In this document: positions 1-12,168 of the stretch, one piece after another | Layout: each line of letters opens with the position of its first letter | Numbering within the stretch: position 1 is the stretch's first letter | NCBI GenBank assembly: GCA_964016885.1 | Contig: OZ024743.1 | Location: 241,118,001-241,182,000 of the forward strand | Reading direction: 5' to 3' | DNA from: Eledone cirrhosa | Taxonomy: Eukaryota | DNA: 64,000 nucleotides | Notes under the pieces: model-generated | The model's database searches: none | Told to the model about the DNA's origin: nothing | The model's input: only the letters and a program-made list of their open reading frames with translations | Translations under genes and position numbers: made by a program

Positions 1-2763
1 GTCCACAATTTAAAATAGTCGACTACACAAACCACAAATTTGTGATCTGTGAGATCAACATAGACAGACTTCATAGACAAGGGCCTGGTTACTGGAAGCT
101 GAACGCGTCTTTCCCGGAGCGTAAAGCCTACAGATTAGCGTATTAGTTAAGTGGGCGTTGACGGGAGCGTCGTCAACAACAGGTGGTGGTTCGCCCTGAA
201 AAGGGCAATTAAAGTAGAGTCGATTAGGTTTAGCAAAGGAGTAGTGATAGAGGAAAATAGAGTAGAGGGAGAGCTAGTCAGAAAGCTAGAAGAGGCGTTT
301 AGGACAGGCACGCAGCCGACGTGCTTGCGGCGAGATTGGCACTCGACAATTCTTCAACGCAAAACACGAAGGCTGCGTTGTCAGAGCTAGAGCGCGTGCT
401 CTGAAACACGAGGGGACAAAAGCCGTCCAATGGGCCCGGTTGGCAGAGGCGCGACGTGGCAACAAAGCCACAATTCGGTCTTTGTCTGACCAAAACGGGT
501 GCGTGATTCTCGAACCCGAGCGGATATGTGAAGCTTTTCAGCAGCACATTGCTGAACTGTTCGGGAGCGGCGGTGGCCCGGATCGGGGCATGCACTTCAG
601 TGCATACCTCGACGGAGTGCCTCGGCTCTCGACGACCGCAGCACAGTGTTGCGAAAAGCCAATAACAGCCGGTGAAATACGGGAAGCGATGGCTAACTGC
701 ACAAGGGGTAAAGCGCCAGGTTTAGATGATCTGCCCTACGAGCTTTATGCATTTATGCCGGACTTGTTTGGTGATCTCTTGGCAGACGTCTACTGAAACT
801 GGCAGCAGAACGGGAGCATTCCCAGTTTTGTGAGCCGGGGAGCAGTAGCGCTGCTGAGAAAAGACCCGAACAAGGGTGATGTTATCGATAATTTCAGGCC
901 CATAACCCTGCTAAACGCAGAGTTCAAGATTTTGGCCAAGGTGTTAGCAACGAGGTTGGCGCTTGTCGTCAAAGGTCTGGTGAGAGAGGCGCAGACATGC
1001 GCCATTCCGGGCAGATCCATACACGACAACCTCCATCTCATGCGATACATCATAGAGAGGGTGGTTAAGGAACCTGGCACGGGTGGGGCCCTGATCAACT
1101 TGGATCAATCCAAAGCATTCGATAGGGTCGACCATCGGTACCTGGCGGCGGTCCTCGAGGCAGCCGGTTTCGGGCCCGTTTTCAGGGGTTGGATCGCAGC
1201 AATGTACAGCGACATCTGCTCAGTTGTGAGGGTGAACGGTCTCCTGTCGCAGCCGCTCAGCATCATGCGCTCAGTCCGCCAGGGTTGTCCCCTCTCGTCC
1301 TTCTTGTACGTATTAGCTCTCGAGCTGTTACTGAACAAACTGGGGGCGATGATGGGCGTCCCACGCGAACTAGGATGCGGGAAATCCGAGTCGGCTTACG
1401 TTGACGACGTCACCGTGGTGGTGTTGAGCACCAGACACGTCCAGATCCTCGGCGCCGCTCTCAAGGAATACGAAACGGTGACAGGAGCAAAGATAAACCA
1501 GGAAAAGTCGGTGGGCTTGCAGCTCGGCATCTGGAGAGGCAAGTCCATGCCGTCCGACAGCGTCGTGGGCGTTGGACGGACGGACCGGTTAAATTGCTCG
1601 GGGTTTGGTTCGGACCGGACCTCCAGATGGAGAAAAACTGGAACGAGGTGACGAGCAGAGTGGCCTCCCTCACCCAGAAATGGTCTGAGAGGAAGCTGTC
1701 CCTGAAAGGCCGGGCGGAGGTGGCGAATGCGTACATCGCATCCGTCATCTGCTACCGCCTCACTATCGTCCCATGCTCCAGCCCAAATCTCACCAAAATG
1801 GAGCGCCTGCTCTTCCGCTTTTTGTGGAAGGGACGCGCTCCAATGCTCAGACGATCCATCTGCTGTCAACACCCGTTGCGTGGAGGACTGGGCATGCCAT
1901 GGCTGATGATGCGCAAACATGCGCTGAGGCTGCGACATCTCTGGTGCTTCCTTGATGGTGAACGGGTGTGGTCGCCGTTCGCCAGGCACGTTTTCCCACA
2001 GCTCGTCTCCTTGACGGAGCTGCAGTCCTGGGTCAGAAAAAGATCGAGGGATAGCGCATGGAAACTGGAATGTCTCCAGGCGCTCACTGCCCTCTCCCAG
2101 TTGGGCACCAGTATCGGTGGAACATCCATCTCGGCGTTCTATAGAGGACTAGTGGAGGGGAAGAGCGACGATATTCTCAGAGAGATCCTAGGCGTCGAAG
2201 AAGACCAGCTGTTTGCTCTCTTCCGGAGAACTTTCAGCCCGGGGCCAATGGATAACTTCCAAAAATCCCTGGCCTGGCAGTGCTACCGGGGAGCGCTGCC
2301 GGTTCGAGATAAGCTCTACAGGCACGGAAGTGCCGTCAGCCGAGCCTGTCCGAGATGCGCGCAGAGCGACGAAAACGTTGTGCAGGCACTCGTTCAGTGC
2401 CCGAGCATTGCTGACTTGTGGAGCTATGTCGAACAGTTGCTGTCACGTGTTGAGCTGATGCGGTTGTCGACAGAGTCTATTGTGCAGATGGTCTCACCGT
2501 CTTCCTTCGAGGAGGAAGGGCAGGCGGTTTTCATCTGCCTGGTAGCCATGGCGAAAGAGATTGTGTGGTGGACAAGGTTAAAAGGGTTAAAGACAAACAC
2601 TTTCCTCTTCGGCGAATCCCTAATTAACTTTTTCAAGTTTCACTTGAAGAGGAAAATCAGGGTGGAGAGGCAAGTGCTGCTTTCTAGCAAGTTTGTTGAA
2701 AGGTGGGTGAATGTAGCGAGAATGGTCCGAATGACCGGGACCGCTCTGAATATACGTCTGTAG
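1..2763 (+). pseudogene. Disrupted ORF2 (end of APE domain + RT + C-terminal domain) of Tx1 copy A
   Basis: Collinear with ORF2 of copy B; frameshifts near 135, 320 and 1570, TGA at 794-796. Confidence 0.9.
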
Positions 2764-3053
2764 TTTGAGAGATGGAAAAATTGAGAGAGGGCGCTTGCCC
2801 TGGTGGCCAGGGTGGCCGTGGTCTTTTGTGTGGTTTTCGCCACGAGTAACCCTCGGAGGTTTCTCCCCTATTGGTGAATTTTTCATTGTTTCAATTTTCA
2901 TTTTTATTGTTTATATATATATATGTTTTATGTCTTTTTTCTTTTCTTATATAAATAATAAAAATATTTACACGCACAAAACCCACATCGTACCGTCCTG
3001 TTCCGTCTGTGATGTTTTTCTTGATGTCAGCCTTGTGGCCAATAAAGAAATCA

Positions 3054-3085
<32 letters not shown>
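1..3085 (+). mobile_element. Tx1 (L1-clade) non-LTR retrotransposon, copy A (divergent subfamily); 5' part lies outside the window
   Basis: Broken ORF2 pieces (151-390, 440-796, 830-1651, 1594-2763) with RT motifs NFRPITLLN, LDQSKAFDRV, QGCPLS, YVDD and a C-terminal CPRC zinc-finger remnant; 3' UTR ends AATAAAGAAATC-(ATT)n. Confidence 0.93.
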
Positions 3086-3301
3086 GAATGCCATGGTTGA
3101 CGGAGGCTCGGCTCTGTAAGGTATAGTAATTTTTAACCGTTAAAACAATTGTAAATTGTTTAAAACTTGAACCAAATTGTTGATAAAGACACCCTCCTCC
3201 TCGTGAGAGGGGTCTTTCTGTCCGTTATTTGGCCCTTCGGGGTTAAATAACCAGTTATTGGGGTTTTGTACCCAAAATTTCATTTTAAACAAAAAAACAA
3301 C

Positions 3302-5397
3302 ATGGCTACGAAAAAGAAATTTCATACGTCACTCCCACTCATTCCGTCTTCTTCTTCCTCAATCATCACTACAGCAGAGAGAAGATTGTCTCTCTCCCTC
3401 CCTTCTTTAAATGTGTCTCTCTCCCTCCCTTCTCTTTCGCAAGTGACGAAAGAAAAGAAAAGTCTCGTGCAAAGCGTGCAAGGTTTCTCCACGACGACGA
3501 CGACAGCGACGAAACAGGTGTGCGGGAAATACGAAAACCCAGTTCATTCGTCTGACGTCAGGAATAATAGCAGTAGCAGCCGTAATAACAACAGCAACAG
3601 TGACAATGAAAACAACAGTAGCAGCCGCAACAGCATCACCAGCAGCATAAACAACAACAGCATTAGCAGCAGCAACACCAACAACAACCACAGCAACAGC
3701 GGCGGAGGCAGTAGTCGTAGTACCTGCAGCAACAACAAAAGTACCAGCAGCTCTGACGACAACAACAACAGCAGAGAAAAACCAATCTCATTTGCAGGTA
3801 TTGCGAAAAACTTGGAAACAATCCTCATAACAAATGAGGAATTAGAGGAAGCGAAGAAGATGGTGACAAAGAACGGACACCGAGCAATCTGCAAGGCAGC
3901 GGAAAAATTTTTCGAAACCCAAGAGCACTGTACGGTCACGTACCGTACAGTAAGTACAAAATCCCGTAGGGTGGAAAGAGCCACAGAGGCTCAAATACAA
4001 AAAGGCTTGGGGTCTGTGTGGCAGCGGAAAACGCACATCACCCGAGGCAAAAAATATGCCACCGTAGACGTACTTTTTTCCACACCCCAGGAGGCAAAGG
4101 CCCAATCAGTAGTGACCCTAAGGAGCGAGGAAATGGTGTTGGTGCCCTCCTACTGCGGGCAAAAAATTGTGAGGGTCAAACTGACCCACGTCCCCCCCGG
4201 AATGACCCCTTCTTGGCTGGCCGTGTCTGTCCTCGTCGGAATGGAGGACAAAACAACTGTACTGCAAGTACAGAAAAAAGTAAGAGAAGATTGGGTCGGC
4301 TCCTCCATTGAGATGCTAATCCAAACCAACCAGGAGTGCATCGAAGCTATCCCGGATGTAATAGACTTCGATAACGGCACTCAACTGCCCATAAGTGTTG
4401 AGGGCAAACGCCCGAAATGCTTTCGCTGTGGATCGAAGACTCACCTCAGGGCCTTCTGCAACGAGAAGACCCTGAGAAAGGAGAAAACCCCCCTACTTCC
4501 GAATCCGGCTCCACGGCTACCAGCAACAGGACAAGCGGCAACCAGGAACGATAGGCCCGTGGCACCCATACCCACTCCACGGAAATCAAAAACAGCAGCA
4601 GCAGTGGAAACACTAACAACAACAAATGCAATACCAAATGCAGCTGCAACAGAGACTCCAGTGCAAACATCACCAACAACAACAAGTGAAAGAGTGGAGC
4701 TGGTACCCCTCCCCGACCTCACAGAATCAGACATGGAGTGTGAGGTGGGAGAGAGATGGCAAAAGGTCGTAAGAAGGCACAAACGCAGAAGCAGCGCATC
4801 GTCGCCTTTGAAAAGGGAGGAAAGAAATGAGAAAAGGGTAAAGTCTACTGCAAAGAGACCCACAGCAGCAACAACACCAACACCATCACCACCCACACTA
4901 GCACCACCATCACCACCGGCGACAACCCCACCGCCAACAACACCTTCAACACCACCACCACAAGCACCAACATCGCAAACACAACAACAAAACACACACA
5001 CCCAGCAACAACGACAAGAAAATAGCAGAACCACACCCACCCCCAGAAAAACAAATGCACGGCAATAAATACACACAACAAGAAACTAATGACTTACATA
5101 ATTGAACACACAGACATTTCACAACAGGACTACATAATACCAGCACCAATCAAAACGCCAACTAACATAAGACTGCTAAAAATAGCACAGAAACAATACA
5201 CAAATATTAAAACGAAATTCCCCAACGCAGTTGGTGATTTCAGGGACCTAGGAGGAACCATCAATCGAAGAGTATACTCAGACATTCTCTTAGAAGAGCC
5301 GACGACCAGCCGAAGGGACGATTCAACGGTCCCTTCACCAGACGATCAAGTGAAAAGGGATGTAAAAACCATCCCTCCTCTACCAAAAGTACGGTAA
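3302..5397 (+). pseudogene. Tx1 ORF1 (gag-like, CX2CX4HX4C zinc knuckle), one frameshift near 5035
   Basis: CFRCGSKTHLRAFC knuckle; ORF 5089-5397 (MTYIIEHT...) is continuous with ORF1 in copy C (ORF 57449-58708), so the stop at 5066-5068 results from an indel in a C-rich run. Confidence 0.85.
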
Positions 5398-5432
5398 GTG
5401 GTCTTTCCCATCTTTTCCACTCTATTTTAAAC

Positions 5433-8400
5433 ATGACCTCACTCAGAATAGGCAGCATAAATGCGCGTGGCTTGGGGTCGTCATGGAAGCAAGGTCACCT
5501 GCTCAACGACCTCATGTCACTAAACGTAGATGTAGTGGCCATCAGCGAGACCAGAATCTCCGAAGCACGGGCCTTCGCACCGATCTTCGGCGGCTACGAT
5601 GTGTACGCATCTCCCAGCCGTCCTGGATCCGGTGGAGGAGTTGCTGTGCTTTTTCGGAGAGGTTTGGATCTCGCCATACGGGCCATCTTCCTGGACCCAG
5701 AGGGTAAGCTGGTGGTGCTGGACGTGACCAGCGGAGACGGGCAAGCTTTCAGGCTAGTGGCCGTCTATGCCCCGACAGGAGCAGGCCGGCTTGATTTCTT
5801 CCGGCGTCTGGAGACCTTTCTTGGAACGTCCCGCTCTTTAGTGTTAGTGGGCGACTGGAACGGGATCTTAGATACACGCAGGGACTGTGTGGGATTAGCG
5901 GATAGGGGTGGAGGGTGCAAGAGCCTCACCAACCTGCTCAGGCGTTTTGAACTGTCTGACAGGTACCGATTGGATTTCCCGAATGTGCCAATGTGGACTT
6001 GGACAAACCGCATAGGGTCATCCAGATCATATCTAGATAGAGTATTTTGTAGGGAAATAGATAGGTCTAGCATAGGCTGTCCACAATTCAAGATAGTCAG
6101 CTACACGGACCACAAATTCGTGATCTGTGTGCTTGACTTAGATAGGCTTCATAGACGAGGACCCGGCTACTGGAAGCTAAACGCGTCCTTACCAGCGCGC
6201 AAGGCCTACAGAGACCGGATTAGCGAACTAGTTAAGCGGGCGTTGACGGGGGCCATCGTCAACAACAAGTGGTGGTTTGCTCTGAAAAGAGCGATTAGAA
6301 TAGAATCGATTAGGTTTAGTAAGGCTTTAGCAATAGAGAAAAATAGAGCAGAGGGAGAACTAGTTAGAAAATTAGACGAGGCGCTTAGCAAAGGCATTGC
6401 GACCGACGTGCTTGCGGCGAAATTGGCCCTTGACCAATTCTTCAATGCAAAGCACGAAGGCTGCGTTGTCAGAGCAAGGGTGCGTGCTCTCAGACACGAG
6501 GGGACGAAAGCCGTTCAATGGGCCCGAGTGGCGGAGGCGCGTCGTGGCAACAAAGCCACGATCCGGTCTTTGGTGGACCACGACGGGCGCATGCTACTCG
6601 ATCCCGGGAAAATGTGTGAAGCTTTTCAGCGACACTTCGCTCAGCTGTTCGGGGGCAGCGGTGGGCCGGGTAGAGGGATGGACTTTAGTGTCTACTTCGA
6701 CGGACTGCCGCGGCTCTCGGCCACTGAGGCGAAGTGTTGCGAAAAGCCGATAACAGCCGCTGAAGTAAGGGAGGCAATGACTGGCTGCACAAGGGGCAAA
6801 TCGCCTGGTTTGGATGTTCTGCCCTATGAACTTTACGTACAGATGCCAGACTTGTTCGGAGGCCTCTTGGCGGACGTCTACTGCAACTGGCAACAGAACG
6901 GGAGAATTCCCAGTTCTGTGAGCCGAGGAGCGGTGGCACTGCTGAGAAAGGATCCGAACAAGGGGGATAACATAGAAAATTTCTGGCCCATAACTCTGCT
7001 AAACACAGAGTTTAAGATTTTGGCCAAGGTGCTAGCAAAGAGGTTGGCGCTTGTCGTTGGTGGTCTGGTGGGAGAGGCGCAGACATGCGCCATTCCCGAC
7101 AGATCCATCCACGACAACCTCCACCTCATGCGATACATCGTAGAGAGGGTAGCTAGGGAACCTGGCACGGGTGGGTCCTTGATCAATTTAGATCAGTCGA
7201 AAGCTTTCGATAGGGTCGACCATCGTTACCTAGCGGCAGTCCTGATGGCGGCTGGCTTTGGGCCCGTCTTCAGAGGCTGGATCGCTGCCATGCACAGCGA
7301 CATCTGCTCTGTGGTGAGAGTGAACGGTCACCTGTCGGAACCGTTCAACATCATGCGCTCGGTCCGCCAAGGATGTCCCCTCTCGTCCCTCTTGTACGTA
7401 TTGACTCTCGAGCCATTACTGCACAAACTGGAGACGTTGAGGGGAGTCCCGCGCGAACTAGGATGCGGAAGATCCGTGTCAGCATATGCGGACGATGTCA
7501 CCGTAGTGGTGTCGAACGCCAAACACATCGAGGCGATCGGCACTACACTAAGAGAATACGAAGCGGTGACAGGAGCAATGATCAACCAGGAAAAGTCAGT
7601 GGGCCTGCAGCTCGGCACCTGGAGAGGCAGGTCCATGCCGTCCAACAGCGTCGTCGGACGCTGGACGGACGGACCGGTTAAATTGCTAGGGGTCTGGTTC
7701 GGTCCGGACCTCCAGACGGACAAAAACTGGGACGAGGTGACGAGCAGGGTGGCTTCTCTCACCCAGAAATGGGCGGAGAGGAAGCTATCCCTGAAAGGTC
7801 GAGCGGAGGTGGCTAACGCGTACATCGCGTCTGTCATCTGCTACCGCCTAACCGTCGTACCTTGTCCTAAGCCTCGCCTGACTGCGCTGGAGCGTTTGCT
7901 CTTTCGCTTTTTGTGGAAGGGACGTGCTCCGATGGTCAGGCGGTCCATCTGTTGTCAACACCCGCTACGTGGAGGGCTGGGCATGCCGTGGCTGATGATG
8001 CGCAGGCACGCGCTCAGGCTACGACATCTCCACCTCTTCCTCGACGGTGATCAGGTGTGGTCGCCGTTTGCTAGGCGCGTATTTCCCCAGCTCGTTTCCT
8101 TGACGGAGCTGCAGTCCTGGGTCAAGCGAAGACCGAGAGGGAGCGCCTGGAGACTGGAATGTCTTCAGGCGCTCACAGCCCTCGACCAATCGGGCAATGT
8201 GATCGGTGGAAACTCCACCTCGGCGTTCTATAGAGGATTAGTGGAGGGTAAGAGCGACGACGTACTTGGGGAAACTCTAGGCGTCGACGAAAATCAACTA
8301 GCCAATCTCTTCGGAAGAACTTTCGGACCGGGGCCTATGGACAATTTCCAGAAATCTCTGGCCTGGCAGTTCTACTGAGGAGCCTTGCCAGTTCGGGATA

Positions 8401-8852
8401 AACTCTACAGGCATGGAGGTGCCGTCAGCCGGGCATGTCCGAGATGCGCTCAGGGCGACGAAACCGTCCTGCACGCACTCGTCCAGTGTCCGAAAATTGC
8501 TGACTTGTGGGTTTATGTCGAACACCTGCTGTCGCGTTTAGGACGGATCCGGCTATCATCTGAGTCCATCGTGAGGATTGCCCCGCCCTCCTCCTTTAGC
8601 CGGGAAGGGCATGCAGTTTTTATCTGTCTGGTGGCCATGGCGAAAGAGATAGTATGGTGGACACGTTTGAAAGGGCTGAAGACGAGCACTTACCTCTTCG
8701 GTGATGCTCTGATTGACTTTTTCAAATTTCATTTGAAAAGGAAAATCAGAGTAGAGAGGGAAGTGCTCTCTTCCCAGCATTTTGTTGAAAGATGGGTGAG
8801 AGAAGCAAGAATGGCCCGAGTGAATGGGCCTACTCTGAGTATATATCTGTAA
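5433..8852 (+). CDS. Tx1 ORF2: APE endonuclease + reverse transcriptase + C-terminal CCHC; 1139 codons with a single internal TGA at 8376-8378
   Basis: APE motifs SINARGL, ISET, VGDWN, YLDR, TDH; RT motifs QGCPLS, YADD; CPRC-X8-H-X4-C; ORF 8385-8852 is in the same frame; copies A and C have Arg at the stop position. Confidence 0.93.
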
Positions 8853-9111
8853 ATTAAAGGTGGAAAACTGGGAGAGGGCACTTGCCTTGGTGGTCAGGGT
8901 CATTGTGGCTTTTTACTGGGCTTTCTCCACAAATGTCCCTCCGAAGTCTCCCCCCTATTGGGGAATTTTTCATTGTTATTTTCATTGTTATTTTTGTTAC
9001 ATCCTCTGTTTTTGTTTTTTACACGCAGAAATGCCCATTTGTACCGTCCTGCATTGTCCTGCACTGTCCTTAATGTCTACTTTATGTAAACCCTTGTGGT
9101 TAATAAAGAAA

Positions 9112-9164
<53 letters not shown>

Positions 9165-9171
9165 ATTATTA

Positions 9172-9371
9172 GGGTGGTGGATTGGCAGTATCAGTAGAGC
9201 GTCAGACACTATGCTTTGTGACATAGAGTTGTGGCCCTTTACGTTCTGAGTTCAAATCCCACCAAGGTTAACTTTGCCTTTCATCCTTACGGGGTCGATA
9301 AAATAAAGCTCCAGTAACGCACTGGGGTAATTACAGGCCTTGTGCCTAAAGTAGAAACATTTATTATTATT
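9172..9371 (+). mobile_element. tRNA-head SINE with Meta/MESC-like core and (ATT)n tail
   Basis: A-box-like TGGCAGTATC-GT, B-box GAGTTCAAATCC, core GCCTTTCATCCTTACGGGGTCGATAAAATAAAG, tail CCTTGTGCCTAAAGTAGAAAC-(ATT)n; many similar copies in the window. Confidence 0.9.
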
Positions 9372-9729
9372 CTGAATTCAAATCTTATAAAGAGCAAACA
9401 TCATGGTATTTTGTCCAACGCCCTAATGACTAATTCACTGTCGGAAATACGGAATATCACACCATCAAAAGTATTGTTGCATTGTGTAAAAGAAACTAAT
9501 AATAAGAGGGTGAAATTTCCCTTTCTCCACCACTAGATTCTTTGAAAAAGGCATTGATATCATAACTCACTCCCCTATACTATTATATCTGATGCCTTAT
9601 TTATTGAAATGTATCTAAATGTTGCTTCTATTGTAAATGCTTTTAAGAAAGACACTAACAGCACAGTTACCACAATTTAACATCTTCGATATCTTAATTG
9701 TCACATTTTAAAATAGAATAATGTTTATG

Positions 9730-10005
9730 TGGCTTGATGTTGTCGAACCAGGATTTTCTTTGTTCGCTTCTCTTTCGGCCTCCCACGACTATGCCTTGAA
9801 GAACGGATTTAGACAAGGAGTTGGGGCGAGATACATGACAACCTTCCGTCTTTTCACCATCAATAAGAGTGTTTCTTGTCTGCCAGCATATGTGTTAACT
9901 TGCTTACAAAGCTGTTTGTTTTGTGCTCCGTAATACGGTATGTATAGCAACCTTCTGAAGCACTTGTGCTCGAAGGCCTGGATTCTTCGTTCCATGTCAG
10001 CTGTA
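9730..10005 (-). mobile_element. RTE-clade LINE 3' fragment
   Basis: ERRIQAFEHKCFRRLL, HKTN, LQG...GGR...RKSWFDNIK motifs typical of the RTE C-terminus. Confidence 0.75.
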
Positions 10006-10059
10006 CGAGTCCAACTCTGATACCCTTACAAAGGTATCGAAGTGACCATAGGCTAGCAG

Positions 10060-10465
10060 AAGTAAGGATAAAAATACCTAATACAAAATAGGTGTATTCA
10101 TAACAGCATAGTATACCAATGTGAAATCCACAAATGAACACAATAAAATATGTAGGGGCTACCTTTAATGTTTTTAAGAAACGTTGGTATTCCCATGTAC
10201 ATTCATTCAAAAATGGAAAACTTAAAAACTCCACGACTTTAGCTAGCAGAATTTGGGAACGAGAAAAGAAAGGTACTAAATACGAGATTTCGTGGCTAGT
10301 CCTTGATTTCGCTGGTCAATATCAACAGCACACAAAAACTTGAAAAATGTGTAAACTCGAAAAGTATTATATAATTACACGGAAAGATTTACTTAACAAT
10401 AGACTAAAATGCGTATTCAATTGCAGACATAAGCAATATAGATCTTTCTTCCATTATAATCCCGA
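10060..10465 (+). mobile_element. Penelope-like element remnant (GIY-YIG endonuclease)
   Basis: KYVGAT..FKKRWYSHVHSF..STTLASRIWE..ISW..C..EKYYI..LLN..CRHK across ORFs 10134-10343 and 10347 onward. Confidence 0.85.
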
Positions 10466-10652
10466 AGGGCAGTGGATTGGCAGTATCGGTAGAGGGTCGG
10501 ACGCCATGCTTTGCACCACAGTTACGGCCCTTTACGGTCTGAGTTCAAATCCCGCCGAGGTTAACTTTGCCTTTCATCCTTACGGGGTCGATAAAATGAA
10601 GTCCCAGTAATACACTGGGATAATCGCTGGCCTTGTGTCAAAAGTAGAAACA
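10466..10652 (+). mobile_element. SINE, full length, with 13-bp target-site duplication
   Basis: Same family as 9172; TSD ATTATAATCCCGA at 10453-10465 and 10653-10665. Confidence 0.92.
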
Positions 10653-11398
10653 ATTATAATCCCGATTAGCACACAATTCGAACTCGGCATCATACCCTTC
10701 GAGCATTGATATAAACACAATTATCTTTATTTATTCTGTCTGAGTTCCTCTACATGACATCAGATGCCCTACAAAATACTATTATTAACTACGATAACAT
10801 CAATACATCCAAGCCATATACAACTACTAACCAAATCGGCAGAATAAGAAACACTTTGATGTACCTAAAACATCCAGACAGTGATAAAAAGCTATAAACT
10901 TTAATCCATTTAAAGAACAAATAAATTTTTGCGACAGCAAAGCCAATTACAGCAATGCTAACCACAAAATATGTATTGGTTGTAACTGTAACCAAAATTT
11001 CCATTCCTCTCTCTCTGTACATCTTGGTTCTTCTTCTATCTCTCAGTACATTACAATGCAACTGCTATATATACAACCGACTTGCTATGCGATGCTGCAA
11101 CCTATTAATCTCGCTCTATATATTATAGACACCCTGTATAAATATAAACATTGTTAAATTCTGAGGTGCCAATTTACCACGGTATTGTCGCAAAATATTG
11201 GAAATTGAATTTTCCGATATATCCTATCGGACTAGCATTTTTAGATTTTGTTTACCTGTAGATTGGCGAAACACCTGTCAATTATATAGTAAATGTTAGT
11301 CCTTTAACTGTGAAGTTGTCATATTCATGTTACTGAAAGAAGTCATTTCTATATTATATATATATATATAATATATATATAATATAGATATAATATAG

Positions 11399-11437
<39 letters not shown>

Positions 11438-11708
11438 TATAATATAGATATATTATATATATATATATATATATAATATAGATATAATATAGATATAATA
11501 TAGATATATTATATATATATATATATAATATAGAAATGATTTTTTTTCCTGCCGGCAGCATATCATAAAATCGAATTTCATCTGAGGATAGCGTTCTCAT
11601 GAGAGCAACAAATGCATAAATTACATCTTGATTGCATGGGAAAAACGTTGAAATAATTATAATGAATAAACGATTTATGTAATATCACCATCTTTATTAT
11701 TAATATTA

Positions 11709-11895
11709 TGGTGAATTGGCAGTACCGGTAGAGGGTTGGAATCCATGCTTTCTAGCATAGTTACGTCCCTTTACGGTCTGAGTTCAAATCCCGTCGAGGT
11801 TAACTTTGCCTTTCATCCTTATGGGGTCGATAAAATAAAGTACCAGTAATGTACTGGGTAATTGCTGGCCTTGTGCCAAAAGTAGAAACAATTAT
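11709..11895 (+). mobile_element. SINE, full length
   Basis: Same head, core and tail as 9172. Confidence 0.9.
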
Positions 11896-12109
11896 ATATA
11901 TATATACATGCACACACACACATATACACACACGCACACACGTACACACACACACATATATATATGAGTTTGTGTTGGTTGCTTACCGACACTTCAGTAT
12001 GCAGGTTAGATCCCTCAACGAAGTCGCAGGTAAGTCTGTTTCCCCAGCAGTAATTTAAAACAAGAAGTGTAAGTCAACAGGTTGAGATTATCTTCGTTTA
12101 TTCACATTC

Positions 12110-12168
12110 GCTGCAATAAATATTTCGGTGATAACCATAATTCAGCAGTTATTTCCTCATCAGGCAGC
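12110..12168 (-). ncRNA. Type I hammerhead ribozyme with intact core
   Basis: Minus strand GCTGC-CTGATGA-GGaaATAAC(12 nt)GTTATcaCC-GAAA-TATTTA-TT-GCAGC: perfect 5-bp stem I, intact core, minimal stem III. Confidence 0.8.

Larger units (their letters stand above)
3086..9170 (+). mobile_element. Full-length Tx1 LINE, copy B (~6.05 kb), starting immediately after the (ATT)n tail of copy A
   Basis: The 5' end GAATGC follows (TTA)n exactly as in copy C (60065); ORF1 + ORF2; (ATT)n tail 9113-9170. Confidence 0.95.

Noticed and set aside
3185-3275. Canonical HDV ribozyme in the Tx1 5' UTR
   Set aside because: TCCTCG loop and a P4-like stem are present, but no P1 partner or GG for P1.1; kept only as a structured UTR
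3407-5149. Antisense ORFs conserved between Tx1 copies B and C
   Set aside because: Shadow frames of low-complexity ORF1; conservation reflects recent duplication
5089-5397. Separate third ORF between Tx1 ORF1 and ORF2
   Set aside because: It is the frameshifted C-terminus of ORF1; continuous in copy C
9172-9265. SINE heads as tRNA genes
   Set aside because: A and B boxes present but no cloverleaf; always fused to the SINE core
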